A stretch of DNA of 64,000 nucleotides from Camelus dromedarius (taxonomy: Eukaryota): positions 94,304,001 to 94,368,000 of the forward strand of contig NC_087436.1 of assembly GCF_036321535.1 (NCBI RefSeq), given 5' to 3'. Positions 28,691 through 44,263 of this stretch are shown here, piece by piece. Each line of letters begins with the position of its first letter. The stretch's first letter is position 1. The position numbers and the translations under genes are program-made. Below the pieces are notes generated by a model that worked only from the letters and a program-made list of their open reading frames with translations, was not told the DNA's origin and ran no database searches.

Positions 28691-30313
28691 CCTTAAGAAG
28701 AAAAACAGAGAGGGATTGGAGGGGGCAAGCCTGGCAGAGAGACCAGTTAGAAGATTATAGCAACACTACAAAGGATAGAAGCCCTAAACATGGACAAAAG
28801 AAAAAAAAAATCAAACAGAAGAGGTATTTCTAAGAAAAAAATCTACATGCTAGAAAAAACACAAAAGAAAAGATCAACCAAAAAATTAATGTATATATAA
28901 TGAAAAACAGTATTAAGTAAAAATAGGTATAAGATCAAGACATATACATCACACAAAAGAAAAGTTCTTACACGGTGTTGAAAAAATTAAAATGGTATAT
29001 AAAAACAATGAAAAACACATCAGTGAACAATTCACACAAGAATACAAGAATTAATGAACAATTGTGTACAAAAATGTTCAACATTCTTCTTTATCTAAAA
29101 ACAAAACAAAACAAAAAATACCATAAAGAAAAGGTAAAATTTTATTCCTAAAATCTTAAAATAATAGCACTCAATGCTGAAAAGGCTGCGGTGAAACCAC
29201 TATACTTATACAGTGCTGCTGTTATTACAAACTGGCACACCTCTTTAGTAGGCAATTGAGCAGTATGCTTCCAAGAGCCGAAAACTGTTCTCATCTCGTG
29301 ATACAAGAAATTAAAACTTTGGGACTAAGAAAAAAAGCCAAAAGACAAAAAAGGTTATTTGAACCAAGATGTTCTTTGCAATATTAATTTTTCATGTAAA
29401 ACGACATTATAATTTTAAAACAGAGCACAACTACCCAGTGGAATATTAGAAAGCTGTTAAATAGAAAGACTGCAGCAACACTGAAAAATAATGTTCAGGT
29501 TAAGTTTAAAAAGTAGAACAGACAATTTTATCAGTGTTATTATTCAAACTACTCAAAATATCAGTATTTATAAACAATGTGTAGAGAAGATTCTGGAAAG
29601 AGAAATGTTTTTTGTTAGGATATTTTCCTTGTAATTCCTCACTGCTATGTTACTGTATGTACAACAAATAAATTTTAAACACATCAAAATTAGGAAATAA
29701 ATGTTGAAGTCACATATAAAATTGTAGACAACAGGGTAGATAAGATATGCTCACATCAGATACCATGCAACGTAAAAAAAAAAATGGAAGTTTATCACGC
29801 ATTACCAAAACTTCCCAAATCTAGAATAATTTTAACTTATACTAATCGTCTCCTGTAGCAATACTAAGCATCAATATCTAATTTACTCATCCAGTCAAGT
29901 TTGATAGTTTCCCCTCTGTCTGCAAATGTAACTTCCAATTTACTACAAGTCATTAATAACTTACTAAAGATTTTATCAAGAAAAACAAAACCTTAGTCCT
30001 CACCAAAAAAGTCCTATGAGGTACATGCTATTATTTTTCTTATTAACAGATAAGAAAATTGAGACCCAGAGAGGTTAAATGGTAGAGCTGGAAATCCAAC
30101 CCAGTTTTCTTGACTCCAAAGCCAATGTTTTGAAACCACACTATTCGACTATTCTCAATTCAATCAGCTCTCATTTCCACAATTATAATTATCTTTTCAC
30201 CCAATATTTCCTGTGATCCTACTATGAATCATTCGCTATTTTAGGGGCTGGAGATACAACAGTAAATCAAAAGTTTTTTAAACCCCTGTCTTTATGGAGC
30301 TTACATTCTAGGT

Positions 30314-30523
30314 CAATGGTTCTCAACTGGGGATGATTTTGCCCCCAGGGGACATATGACAATATAGAGGCATTTTTAATTGTCACAACTGGGGGAGGGG
30401 GAAGAATGTGCCACTGTCATCTAGTGGGTAAGTCCAGAGATGCTGTTGAACATCCTATGATGCACAGGAAAGCCACTCACAACAAAGAATTATCCGGTCC
30501 AAAATGTCAATAGTGCCAACCTG
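30314..30523 (+). mobile_element. MER20 DNA transposon inside an L2 fragment
   Basis: caatggttctcaactggggatgattttgccccc start; 8-bp TSD ttctaggt / ttctagag. Confidence 0.85.
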
Positions 30524-30797
30524 TTCTAGAGGGAAGATAAAAAGAAATAAAACATAGAATATGATATCTATACATTTATCTTACACCTAAGTACATTTCT
30601 TGAAAGCAGAAAATATGCTTTACTCTTCTTCATATCCCTATTAATACCAAAATTAGTACACTACCCACAGCAGGTACTCAATAAATGATGAACAAAATAG
30701 AAATAAGGTAGTCATTTTCTATATTACTACTGGTCATCGCATAATACATGAAGTCTCCTTATAGACGCAAAAGTGTTCAAACTCAACTTTGTCTCAC

Positions 30798-31023
30798 CTT
30801 TGAAATCACATTCAGAAAGCATCAAATACACTACATCAGGATCCAGATCAGAAAACATCTCTGAGATACTGGTGAAGAGTTCTTCCTGATCAATTTTTGT
30901 CTCATACATGGAAGGAAGAGTAGTGGTTGGCTCCTCATGACTAGTAACACTGGATACAACTTCCTTAGAGTTTGCAGTCTTCCGAAAAGGATTTCCCCCA
31001 AGACTTTTCCTTCTCCTTGGCAT
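30798..31023 (-). CDS. N4BP2: N4BP2 first coding exon (exon spans 30798-31136 including 113 nt of 5'UTR); MPRRRKSLGGNPFRK..., start of CUE domain
   Basis: Translation matches the recalled N4BP2 N-terminus; acceptor ttttag|GTCC at 31136/7; donor AAAG|GTGAGA; 226 nt coding. Confidence 0.96.
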
Positions 31024-31419
31024 TCTGACTTCCAAAACTAAAATGTTTCCCTTTTCTTATTAAGATGTTTGATATTTAAGTCATACCTCAAAGAAAACAG
31101 GGTTAAATATCTTGCACAATCCAGCAGTAAAAGGACCTAAAATAGAAAGCAAGTAGAAAAACTCAGACTATATAGTTATATTTCCGTGTCTAAAGTTGGA
31201 ATGACATCTTTATTTAACTCTAAGAAAGTACCATCAACTCTGCCGGCAATAAAGCCAAAAAGCAATCAATTTCCCTCTCTTCAAAATATTCAAGTTTTGC
31301 CAGGATTGAACATGTTAAAAATTAAGATATTAGCAAATGTAATATATTTTCAGAACAGTGAATACTCTCTGTTTTAAAATAATTATTTCATTTTTAAAAA
31401 ACAAAACAGTATTCATAAT

Positions 31420-32829
31420 GAGAATGCCTACTGAACACTTATTTGCATGTCTAATAGGCATCATAAACTTAACATGTCCAAAACTGAGCTCCTGATCACC
31501 TCCCCCAAACCTGCTCTTCCCAGTCTTTCGCATTTCAAATAATGCAACTCTATCCTTCCAACTGCTCAGGTAAAATACTTTAGAATAATTCTTGACTCTC
31601 TCTCATCCCACATCCAACTGGTAAGCCAATTTTGTCAATGCAACCCTCAAAAGGTATGCAGAATACAAACATTCTTCACCATCTCCACTGCTGACTCAGC
31701 CTCTTGCCTGGATTGCTGTAAAATCTCCTAGCCAATCTCCCTGCTTCCACCCTTCCCCCTTCAGTCTATTTAGCACAACAACTGGAATGACTCAGTTAAG
31801 CCACAGGTCAGATCATGCCTCTCTCCTGCTAAACTATCCACTACCCTCCCATCTCACTCAGGGTAAAAGATCCCTTAAAATGGCCTGTAACCCAGACACT
31901 TCTACTTTGGTGCTGTCATCCCTGATCTCCTTTCCCTTGCTTATGTCACTCCAGCCATACTTTGCCTCCTTGTTCTTCAAACACACCAGACATGTTCCCA
32001 TCTCAGGACCTTTTATATTTGGTCCCTTCTACCTAGACTACTATTCTCCCAGGTAACTATAAGATTGATTTCCCTCACCACTTTCCTATCATTACTCAAC
32101 TGTCATCTTCTCAGGGAGTCAGTCTCTCAAAATTATCCCTCCTTCCTCATTTGAACTTTCTCCATAAAACATCTTCTAACATTGTATATGTTTTATCCAT
32201 TTGTTTTATTTATTTATTGTATTTACTACCCATATTCCAGTAAAGCGTAAGCTCCCCAAGGGCAGGGACTCATAGATCTGGAGAACTCTGACTTCCTCCA
32301 CTTGGATCTACCTAATAAACAATTCAAACATAACATATCCAAAACCAAATTTTTTTTCCAAAACCTGCTCTAAACATTTGGTCTGGCTACTGTCATCTTT
32401 CACCTGAATTCCTGTCTCCTAAATGGTCTCCCTGCTTCCACTTCTTGTCCCCTACAATCTATTTTCAACACACCGGCCACAATGGTTTTTATACAACTTA
32501 AGTCGAGTGAATCAGAATCTTCAAATGGTTCTCCATGTCACTCAGAGTAAAAGTTAAAGTTCTTACTATGGCCCACCTCCCTGCTGGCCTTTAATACACT
32601 TTTCCCCAAGATATTTGTATTGCTAACTCTCTCACTTCTTGAAATCTTTGCTCTAGTGTCACATTCAATGATTTTTTTTCCTTGATTACCCAATTTAAAA
32701 TCATATCTCCCACTTTCTCCCAATCTCCCTTTCCTGCTAATCATCCATTGCCCTTAACACCATCTAACATACTACAAAATTTACCTTCTAATTAAATTTA
32801 TTGTATCATAGTTCTCTCCATCTTCCAGA
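31420..32829 (+). mobile_element. L2 remnants
   Basis: aacttaacatgtccaaaactgagctcctgat and related L2 3' motifs. Confidence 0.75.
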
Positions 32830-35800
32830 ACTGCAATGTCAATATGGCAGCAACCAGCCACATGTGCCTATTTAAATTAATTAAAATTAAATAAAATTAC
32901 ATTTTTATGTATTAATATCAAATAAAGCAGAATTTGGAGCAAAAATAAAAAATCACCAGAAGACAGAGAACATTATATAATCATAAAGGATCAGTCTACC
33001 AAAAAAAACACAGCAACCTTAAATGTGTATGCATCAAACAACAGAGCCACTAAACAAGTGAAGCAAAAACTGACAGAACTGAAAAGAGAAATAGACAAGT
33101 CCACAATTATACTTAAAGACTTTAATGCCCCTCTTTCAACAATTGATAGAATAAATAGACAGAAGATCAGCAAGGATGCAGAACAACAATACCATCAATT
33201 TTTCAATACCATCAAACAAAATTTATAGAACACTCCAATAACAGCAGAATACATACTCTTTTCAAGTGCCCACAGAACTTATAACAAAATAGACCATATC
33301 CTGGACTATAAAACAAACCTCAACAAACTTAAAAGAACAACAAAGTATGTTCTCTGACCACAAAGGAATCAAACCAGAAATCAGTAACAAAAAGGTAATA
33401 GGAAAATCCCCAAACACTGGGAACATAAGCAATATACTAAATAATCCATGGGTCAAAGAGGATGTCTCAAGGAAAATTTTTATATACACTGAAATAAATG
33501 AAAATAAAAACATACCATATCAAAATGTGTAGGACACAGCTAAAGCAGCAATGGCAGAAATGTATAGCACATTTTTACTAAATGCATAGATTAGAAAAGA
33601 AGAAAAGTCTCAAATCAATAACCTAAGCCCCCACCACAAGAATTAGAAAAAGAAGAGCAAAATAAACTCAAAGCCAGTAGAAGGTAGGGAATAATAGAGA
33701 TCAGAGCAGAAATTAATAAAACTAAAAAAAGAAAAACAGAGAAAAAGCAATGAAACAAATTGATGGTTCTTTGAAAACATCAATAAACTTGGTAAACCTC
33801 TAGCAAGACTGACAAAGAAAAGAGAGACAAGGCACAAATTACCAGTATCAGGAATGAAAAAAATGGACATCACTACAGATCCTGCAGACACCAAAAGACT
33901 AAGGGACTACTATGAACAATTATACATGCAAAAGTTTGACATCTTATATGAAATGGACTAATTTCTCAAAAACCACAAATTACCACAACTCCTCCAACAG
34001 GAAGTAGATAAAGCCCTATGATTTCTAGTGAAATTTAATTCATAATTTTAAAACTCCCAAAAAAGAAACTCCAGGCCTAAATGCCTTCAATGGAGAATTC
34101 TACCAAATATTTTTAAGAATAATTAACTAACTCTATATAATCTCTTCCAAAAACAGAAGAGGGGGCACTTCCTAACTCATTTTATGAAGCTAGTATTGTC
34201 ATCCTTATACCAAAATCAAACAAAGCCAGTATAAAAAAAAATAAATAAATAATTACAAACCAATATCCTTCATGAATACAGACATAAAAATCCTTAACAT
34301 AACTAGTCATGAACTTTCTAGAGTTTTTATATAAAATAATTGGCTCTGTAGAAAAAAAAACTTAACAAAATATTGGCAAATAGAATTTAGCAATTTATTA
34401 AAAAAGAACTATACATCATGGTTAAGTGAGGTTTATTCCAGTGATACAAGGCTGGTTCAATATTCAAAAATCAGTATAATCCACCACATTAACAGGCTAG
34501 TGAAGAAAAATCACAATCATATTAATGAACGAAGAAAAAAATCTGACAGAATTCAACACCTATTCCTGATTAAAAACTGCCAGAAAAATAGGAATATAAG
34601 AGAACTTCCTCAACTTCATTAAGAGCACCTACAGATAACATTTTATTTAACAGTAAAATACTATACACTTTCCTCCTAAGATTGGGAACAAAGCAAGGAT
34701 CTCCACTCTTACCATTCTTATTGAACAATGTTGGAAGCTCTAGCCCGTGAAGTAAGGCAAGATAAGGAAATAAAAGACATACACGTTCAAAAGGAAAAAA
34801 TAAAACTGCCCCTATTTTTAGATGACATAGTTTTCTATGTGGAAAATCCTGAGGAATCAAGAAAACCTTCAACATGTAAGTGAGTTCAGCAAAGTGCAGG
34901 ATACAAGATAAACACATAAAAGCAACTATATTTAAATATTCCACAATGAATACGTGAACACTGTAACTAAAAATACAATATGATTCATAAATGCTAAAAA
35001 AATCAAATATTCTGGTATAAATCTAGCAAAACATATACAGGACTTGCATGCTGAAAATACAAAATAGGGATGAAAGAAATAAAAGATGTAAATGAATAGA
35101 AAGATAGCATATTTATGGATTTTAAGACTCAACATAGTAAAGATGTCAGTTTTTCCCCAAATTGATATACAGGTTTAACGCAGATCCTATCAAAACCCCA
35201 GCAAGACTTTTTGTGGATATGGACAAGATTATTCTTAAATTACATGGAAGGACAGAGGTACTAGAATAGCTAAAACAATTTGAAAGAAAACAGAGTGAGA
35301 GTCCTCAGTCAACTCAATTTTAAGTCTTGTTATAAAACCAGTTATCAAAAATGTATGGTGTCAGTGGAGGGACAGACATATAGATCTGACAACAGATTAT
35401 AGATTTGGAAACAGAAGAGAGAACCCAGAAACAGACTAATATAAATATGTCCAACTGACTTTTGACAGAAGTACAAAAGCAATTCAATGGAGAAAAGATA
35501 GCCTTTCAACAAATGGAACTAGAGTAAGTATACAACCACAGATAAAAAAAATAAACCTCGACCTAAGTCTCACATTTTATTTAAAAAAAAAACAAAACAA
35601 AAACAAAAAACCTCGAAATGGATCAAGGATTTAAAATCCATAAAACTATAAAACTTTAAGAAAAAAAAAAGGAAAAAAATCTTCAGGATCTAGGGCTAGG
35701 CAAAAATACCAAAAGTGTGATCTATAAAAGGAAAAATGGATGAACTGTACTTCATTAAAATTTAAAACTTTTGCTCTGTGAAGGACCTTACTAAAAAGAT

Positions 35801-36980
35801 AAAAAGACAAGCTACAGAGAAAATATTCACATACCACGTGTCTGACAAAGGACTGCTATCTTAAAATGTGTATTAAAATTTTTATCAAAATGCAACAGCA
35901 AAAACAAAACCAAATAATTAGAAAATTGGGGGGGGGGGACAGAAAAAAAAAAAAAAAACACCAAAAGGATATACAGATGACAAACAGGCACACCAAAGAT
36001 ATCCAACATCACTGGCCATTAAGCAAGTGCAATTTAAAACTACAATGAGATATTACTTACATATCTACCAAGTTGGCTAACATAAAAAATAATGACAACA
36101 CCAAATCACTGCAAGGATGCAGAGAAACTGGATGGCTCATATGCTGCTGATGAGAATGTAAAATGACAAAGCCACTTTGGACAACAGTTTAGCAGTTTCT
36201 TAAACTAAACCTCCAACTACCACACAATTAAGCAGTTGCACTTCTGGGCATCTATGTCTGCGAAATGGAAAATTATGTTCACCCAAAAACCTGTACACAA
36301 ATGTTTGTGGCAGCTTTATTCATTATAAGCAAAAACCAGAAAACAACTCAGATGTCCTTCAATGGGTAAATGGCTAAACTATGATACTTTAATTCCATGA
36401 AATATTAGTCAGCAACAGAAACAAACATACTATTGATACACAAGACCTCAATTAATTCCAGAGAATTATGCTGAGTGAAAAAAAATCAGTCCCAAAAGGC
36501 TATATATTGAATGATCCCCATTTATTTAACATTCTTGAAATGACAAAGGTATAGAAATAAAGAACAGATTAGTGGTTGCCAAAGATTAAGCAGAGGGTAT
36601 GAATGGGGAGCAGTGGGTATGGCTGTAAAAGGGTAACTTGAGGAATTCTCATAGTGATGGAAATGTTCTGTATCTTGACTGTATCAACATCAATATCCTG
36701 GTTGAGATGCCATACAACAGTTTTGCAAACATGCTTCTTTCACTGGGGGAAATGGATGAAGAGCACAGGTGATTTCTCTGTATTATTTATTACAACTGCA
36801 TGTGAATCTACAATCTGAGAAAGTTTGCTTTTGAAAAAAAGCATATAAAATTAAAAATTCAGTTCCTCAGTCACACTAGTGACATTTCAAGTGCTCAATA
36901 GCTACATGTGGCTAATGACTATCATATTGCAAAACAGCAAACTTTTCCATAAATACAGTAAATTCTATTCGACAGCACTG
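32830..36980. mobile_element. MER3-like hAT transposon split in two (32830-32899 and 36845-36980) by the L1
   Basis: The halves join into the recalled MER3 consensus (..ccacatgtg..tttaaattaattaaaattaaataaaatt|aaaaattcagttcctcagtcacactag..gacagcactg). Confidence 0.75.
32900..36844 (+). mobile_element. 5'-truncated old L1 (L1MC-like), ORF2 remnant and 3'UTR
   Basis: Endonuclease-like IILKDFNAPLSTIDR and ILNNPWVKE; TSD ataaaatta at 32891 and 36845. Confidence 0.88.
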
Positions 36981-37379
36981 TTTTAGAATATAAGTTCCAT
37001 GGGGCAAGTGAATATCCCATTTTAGGAAAATAAGTTATTTTTATAAAAAAAAAGTACAAATTGGAGGTCACAAAGAAAAAGAAGTACTAACACATCTGGC
37101 CACATTTGCATGAATGTAAAATACTTGTCTATCAAAAAAAAAAATTAGGGGAAAATATGTATAACATATGGCAACTGTTTCCAATTTCTCTCCTTCCATT
37201 CTTTCTCAAGCAGGATTTTGCCCCCACTACTTCTACCACTACACTAAAATTGCTCTTATCTAAATCATCACTGATCTTCATGTCAAAAATGAAAGTCAAA
37301 GATGAAAGGTCTAATCCACTGGGAAAACAGCAATTCTAAGTTTGTATTCAACTATAAAACGCTTGTCTCTGTAACTATT

Positions 37380-39140
37380 AGAACAAGGAGGGCCCCACCC
37401 CCTCACCCCCACCCCTACAACACACACAAAGGAGGAGGAGGAGAAAGGAGAGAAAAAAACAGTAAGGACATAGATTTGAGCCACACAGTAAGTATAACTT
37501 GACTTATATCTATACAACACTGGACAAACAACCTCAGAAAACACTTCATTTTCAAGTACACATGGAATTATGCTAGAAACCAATAGCAAAAATACAATTA
37601 GAAATACAATTATTTGAAAATTAAGAAATATATTTCTACATCAAATAAGAATTCATTGTGTTAAATATTAATAACTTTTAAAATTATTAATATTAACTAG
37701 AAAATATTTTTAACCAAATAAAAATTATATATATCCCAACTTGTGAGATACAACTAAAGTCATGCATAGAAGAAGAGCATACAAATTCATATATTAGAAA
37801 AAAAGAAAGACTAAAAAATTAATGGTGTAAGCATCCAACAAATAGGTGGGGAAAAAACAGCAAATCAAACTCAAAGAAACTAGAAAGAAAGAAATAATAA
37901 AGAGCAAAAAGAAACAGAAAACAGCTACACATTAGGGAGGATTAACAAAGTCAAAAGACAGCTCTTTGGGGAAAAAAAAAAAAAACCTGTTTTTAAAAAA
38001 AGCACTATTAAGAATGATAAGTCCCAGGCAAGCGTGGTCAAAAAAAAAGAGAAAAGGCACAAATAACCAGTATCAGAGATAAAAAGGGAGACATCACTGT
38101 CAAGCCCACAGACATTAAAAAAAAAAAATGAAGACAACATAAATAATTTTACTCCCATAAATTTTAAACTTAAATGAAATGCATATTATTTTTTTAAAAA
38201 TAAGCATACCATGCCTGATATAAGAAAAAAAAAGATCTGATAGTTCTATATCTACTAACAAACTGTGAAATCTGTAACTTAAAACCTTCCCACAAAGAAA
38301 ACCCTAGGCCTAAATGGCTTCATCAATAAATTTCACTAAATAATCTCTAATACCAATCTTATACAAACTCTTCCAGAGACTAGAAAAACAAGAAACACTT
38401 CCAACTCATTTTATGAGGCCACCATAACCCTGATAATGAAACTTTGCAAGGGTATTAAAAGAAAGAAAAATTACAGGCCTATTTTATTCATGAAAATAGA
38501 TGCAAAATTCCTAAACAAAATATTAAAGTAGTAATACAGAAATTATGTGAATGATATGTTACATAAAATGTAAAAATTATATTAGTGATTGATAAAAACA
38601 ATGCATCACAACTTGAATTTTTATTAATATAAAGTTGTTAACAATATTTGAAAGTCAACCAATGCAATTCCTGATGTTAACAAAATAAAGAAGTCACAAA
38701 ATCAACTCAATATATGTAGCGAAACCAACTCATCATCCACTCATAATAAAAAAAAACTGCACAAACTAGAAATAGAAAGGAACTGATAAAGGCATTTACC
38801 AAGAAAACACACACACACACCCCCCTCATACTTAATTGTTAAATATGGAAAGCATTCCATCTACAATCAGAAATGAGACAAGAATGACGGCTATCACCAC
38901 TTCTATTCTACACTGCTACATTGTACCAGAGGGCATGGCCAGCACATTAAGACTTAAAAGGAAATAAAAATTCTAAGAACTGGAAAGGAAGAAATAGAAC
39001 CATTGCTACTCACAGACAATACAATCAAGTGTATATGAAATCCAAAAGAATCTACAGATTATCTGTTGGATTACCCAGATAATTTAGCAAGGTTGCTGGA
39101 TTGTAATTGTATATCTCTCTAATACCAACACTGAGAAAAT
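37380..39140 (+). mobile_element. Ancient L1 ORF2 fragments
   Basis: Motifs such as ccaactcattttatgaggccaccataaccctgata and gatgcaaaattcctaaacaaaatatta. Confidence 0.75.
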
Positions 39141-39635
39141 AAAATTAAATCTAATGGCGTAGACCTATTAGCGGGATTTACACAGCTGATAAATCCTTCC
39201 ACCAAAGACCACCCTAACACTAACTTTTTCTCAGAACAGTGCCACTCTCAGGATTTCCTCACTGAACTTGGAAACAGCGGAGTGCTCCCAGCTCACCCAC
39301 TCCTTTGGTGATCTCTCCATCTCATGGCTTTAAACGCTAACAAAATGCTAATTTACATCTCCAAACTATACCTCTTCCCTGACTCCAAACCCACATCAAA
39401 CTACCCACTAAGTATCCCCACTTTGTGTAACTAATAGACATCTCAAACCAAACATGTCTAAAAGTGATCTTCTGATCCTCCACCACAGATCTGCCCTAAC
39501 TACAGTCCTGGCAACAGAAATTTTCAGTTGCTGAGGCCAAGAAAACTGAAATGTTTTTGCCTCCTCTTTCCCTCCCATCTCATGTCTGATCATTCAGCAA
39601 ATCTTGCCAGTTCTAAATTCAAAATAAATTCAGAT

Positions 39636-40575
39636 CATATGGTAACTCTATGTTTAACCTTCTGAGGAACTACCAGACTGTATTCCAAAGTGGCTACACC
39701 ATTTTCAGTATCTACCAGTGTTGTATGGGGATTCTCATTTCTCTAGGTCCTCACCAACACCTGTTGTTGTCTTCTTGACTATGACCATCCTAACGGTATC
39801 TCATTGTGATTTGAACTTGCATTTTCCTAATGACTAATGTTGCTGACTGTCACATACATGCTTGTTGGCATTTGTGTATCTTCTTTGAAGAAATGTCTAT
39901 TCAGATTCTTTGTCCATTTTTAAATATAAGGGTTACTTGTCTGTATTATTGAGCTGTAAGAGCTTTATATTTCCTGAATACAAGTCCTTTAATCAAATAT
40001 AAAATATTTTCTCCCAGTCTGTGGGCTGTCTTTCCACTTTCTTGATGGTGTCCTTTGAAGTACATATTTTTATCTTGATGAATTTACCTATTTTTCTCTT
40101 TTGTCATTTACACTCTTGGTGTTCTATCTAAGAAACCACTGCCCAAACCAAGTTCAAAAAGATACATATCTTTGTTTTCTTCTAAGAGTTTAATAGTTTT
40201 CATTCTTACATTTAATTCTTTTGCATGTGGAATATCCAGTTGCCCCAGTACCATTTGTTGAAAAGACTATTCGTTCTTCATTGAATGGTCTTGGTACCAC
40301 TTGAAAAATCAACTGACCGTAAGTATAAGGGTTTACTGCTTGACTCTCAATTCTATTTCATTGATCTACATGTCTACGCTTATGCAAGTAGAACACTGTC
40401 TTGATTACTGTGCTTTGCCATTAGTTTTAAAATTAGGAAATGCTGAGTCTTCCAACTTTGCTCTTCTTTTCCAAGACATTCAGGACCCCCTGCATTTCCA
40501 TGTGAAATTCAGAATCAGCTTGTGAACTGCTGCAAAGTCAGATGGAATGTTGACAGGGACCACGCTGAATCAACA
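39636..40575 (-). mobile_element. Antisense L1 fragment inserted within L2
   Basis: Reverse-complement L1 3' motifs; L2-like sequence on both sides (~39150-39635 and ~40576-41165). Confidence 0.75.
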
Positions 40576-43500
40576 GATCATAAGTCAAATCTAGGCACTC
40601 CTTTACTTTAAAACCTTCAATAGCTCGTACCTCACGCAGAGCAAAAGCCCAAGTTCTTAAAATGGCCTAGTTACAGTCCTAAATAGTCTGGTTCCCTAAT
40701 AACTCTCAAAGCATTTCTTGCTACTCTCCCTCTTGCTCTTTCTTAAACTCATCCAGTATTTTCTAACTTCACTGCTGTTACACTTGATTCATAGCCTGAA
40801 ATGTACTTCCCCTCTCAGATATCCACCTGACTTACTCCTTACAAGACATTACTCATGGCACCTTTATGAGGCTTTCCCTAGCCACCCAATGCAAAACTGT
40901 ACACACACAAGAGTTCTCTCCATCTCCTCTTTATTATTTTCTTGCTCCAAAGCAATTATTACTCTATAATTTAGACGTTTATTTTGTTTAATGTCTGTAT
41001 ACTCTGACACTAGAAAGTAAAACTCTTTGAAAACAAATGTTTTTTTGTCAATTCTGTTCACTCCTACATTGCCATCACTAAACAGTAATAAGTACCAAAA
41101 TTAAATACCAGTACTAAAACAATGTCTAGCACATGTAAGCATTCAATCAATTCTTGCTGGATAAAGGAAGGATTAAGGCAGGGGAAAAGAAGCAAAAAGA
41201 ATGGGAAAGCAGTAAGTACAAGATTCTAAGAAGAAACAAATACTCAATAAACATTGAAAAGTTTAACCCCATTACTAAAACTACATTAAAAGATAAAATA
41301 AGATGGAATTAAAATATTGTTATAGTGCCTATTAAATAAAAAGTAATTTTTAAAATAATAATAGTGTTGACAAGGCTATAGTAAAATAAAAATTATCAAT
41401 ACATTGTGATGAGTATAAACTGGTATAACCTTTCTGAAAAGCAAAATGGCACTATGTATCAAGAAATTTTAGGTTCTGTATATTCACTGACCTAATGATT
41501 CCACTTCCAGAAATTCATCATAAAAAAAAAAAAATCACAGATGTATATAAGAATTTATAAAGAGATGTTGAAAATACCAGAACTTTTTACAAAGGAAAAC
41601 TGAAAAACAACTAAATATCTGGTGAGAAGGGAATGATAAAGTAATTTCTGGTGATAGTATAATGTATTAAATACTTAACATATTCCAGCTAGAATGTTAA
41701 GACCATAATTTTACTTAATTCTTAAAACAGTAAGTAATATTATGCCTATTTTGCAAATAAGAAAACTAAGGACTAGAAAAAGTAAGTATCAGGCTTAAGG
41801 CTTTTAAACAGCAAAACTAAGATCTGAACCCAGGTTTGTTAGACCACACTAAATACAATATCCTTGTAGATTCATAAGACAGAATTTTATACAGCCATTA
41901 AATACTATATTTTGGATACTACTTAATTGGAGTTTTTTTTAACGATGTTAAAAAAGAAAGCAAAACACAAAACTTAATATAATTTATACAGATACCAAAG
42001 GGGACTGGACTATATTAGACTAGAAAGGAAATCCTGGGTAATGGTAACTTTATTTTTATCTACTACTTTTTTTATATACTACTTTTGCATTTTCCAAATA
42101 ATCTATAATACATACATTCTTGCATAATAGGGAGAAAAAACAATCACTATCATCAATTAAAGCTAAATCTTGTACTTCCCTGTATACTTCCTCCAGCTAG
42201 CAAACTATAGAGCCCTTCACCTCTTTTTTCATTGTGTCTATCTATGTGGAAAAAGATCTAAACATATAAGCAGCGTAAGTATCCAACCAGTATTTAGTAT
42301 AGAGAGGAAACTCTTATGTATAAAAACATAAGTAGCTGATACTACCTTCCAATCACTTTGTATATCCAACTTATTTCAATCCCATTTATTCACTTAATGT
42401 TCACATTTAATTATCACCTGATCTTATGGAACTTCCTTTTTTCATAACAAGAGCCTTATTAATATACTAGTTTAAACAAGCTTGTGCAGCTTCTTTACAT
42501 ACATACCTGACCTAAATATTCTAAAAGGATATGGGAAATAAGGATGGGTAAGTAAGTTTTGATATATAATGGAGAAATGTGGGAGGACTGATTCTCAAGT
42601 GAAGAACCTAAAAACAAATAATATAAATTTTTATTAATAGTGATACCATGAATATATAAATTTCATATACACATTTTCCAAACGTTTCTAACTCTATTAC
42701 TCAATTTTAACCTGAGAGAACATAACTAATACATATTTGCTCACAGTTTACCAATATTCCAGCATGGTAAGCAGAGGTCTTAACAACTCTAGTTTGTGCT
42801 TTTTTTTTAAACAAATAAGGATAACTGTTCTTTTAACCATTAAGAAAAAATTGAGGGTGAACATGAAATCTATAAATAATAGTGAATATGAACTCTAACA
42901 ATGGTATGGCAATGGTCAGTACTGCCATTTAAAGTGGATATACAATAAGCACCACTTGGGGGAAAAAAAAATCCTCCTACTGAAAACTCTATCATCAACA
43001 TCCTAACACTTAAAAAATTTCCCGTATCATTTTATGAATTAGTCTGTTACATGTGTGTACTGTAAGGACTAGTAATTTTAAATAACTTACCTCTATGGAA
43101 AAATATCCAGAATTAATTTCTCTAATAATCAAGAAAGATATTCTATTTAATACTCAATATCAACTATCTAGAAAGAATAGGTCTAAGAAAATTGATACAA
43201 TCAAATACGTTACTAATATTTTAGCTCTTTAAAAACATCAAAAAAGGAACAAAAACAAAAAGCATCTCTCTGTATAGGAAAGTCAGAGAACATGGCACAA
43301 TACCAGACAAGGTCAGAAAACATCTCTCCCAGAGACAATTGCTACTAACAACCAAAATAATCAGTCTTTACAGGAGATTAAGTTACCTACAAAATACTGC
43401 TGTGATAAGCCTAAGGAATACACTAAACTCATCAAGGTACCAGAGTGTCACAAAAAAGACAGTATGTATAGAAAATGTAACCAAACTAAGGTAACCAATA

Positions 43501-44263
43501 ATCTTAAAATATATCTCTGTCATAAGAACTATTAGAAGTGAAAACTGAAGACATTCTAAATATTGATAAAGTATGGTTAAATAAATCATGGCACCAAAAA
43601 AAAAAAAAATCATGTTTTGGTATACCATGCAGCTATAAAAAAGTTGAAGGGAGAATCTAGAAACCAGAAACATCGCTGAGACATAGACTCATGGGGAATT
43701 GCCAGTTGCTGAATGACATACAGCTTTGGGCTAAAGAGTGGCAGGAAGGTATGTTTCTCTATAATTCTTCAACACTTTCTATAATCCTTCATTACTTACT
43801 ACCGGTACTAATCTTGCTTAGTTATCTTAGAGTCTCACACCATTACTTTTACTGACATATTTTTATCTGTACATGTTTATTTCCCCAGTTAGCCATGTTC
43901 CTTGAGAATATGAATGATACATACTACTCCGATCTGGCTTTTAGTCATAGTCCCATACATAAAATAGGTGCACAAATAATATTTGTGGATGGCTACAACG
44001 TGTAAAATACAAAGCAGCAAGAAGTGGCATTTCAGAAGCAAAAACACTAAAATACACATTAAATGGGAAAACCGCAATATAGTTCTTTAGATTTCTTGGG
44101 TCAACATATTTTATACAACCACAAACTAAGAAATTCTGGTCACAAAATCTGTGATTACATTTTCCTTGTTATAAGATTTTTTTTAAATCACTCAAATATG
44201 TAAATAAAAGCTTGAAAAACTATGTGTAAAACATACATACTCTATGACTTTAATAATACTTAC

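Noticed and set aside
30727..31035. ORF-track start MEVR upstream of MPRRRK
   Set aside because: It begins at a TTG; the first in-frame ATG is at 31023 and matches the recalled N-terminus.
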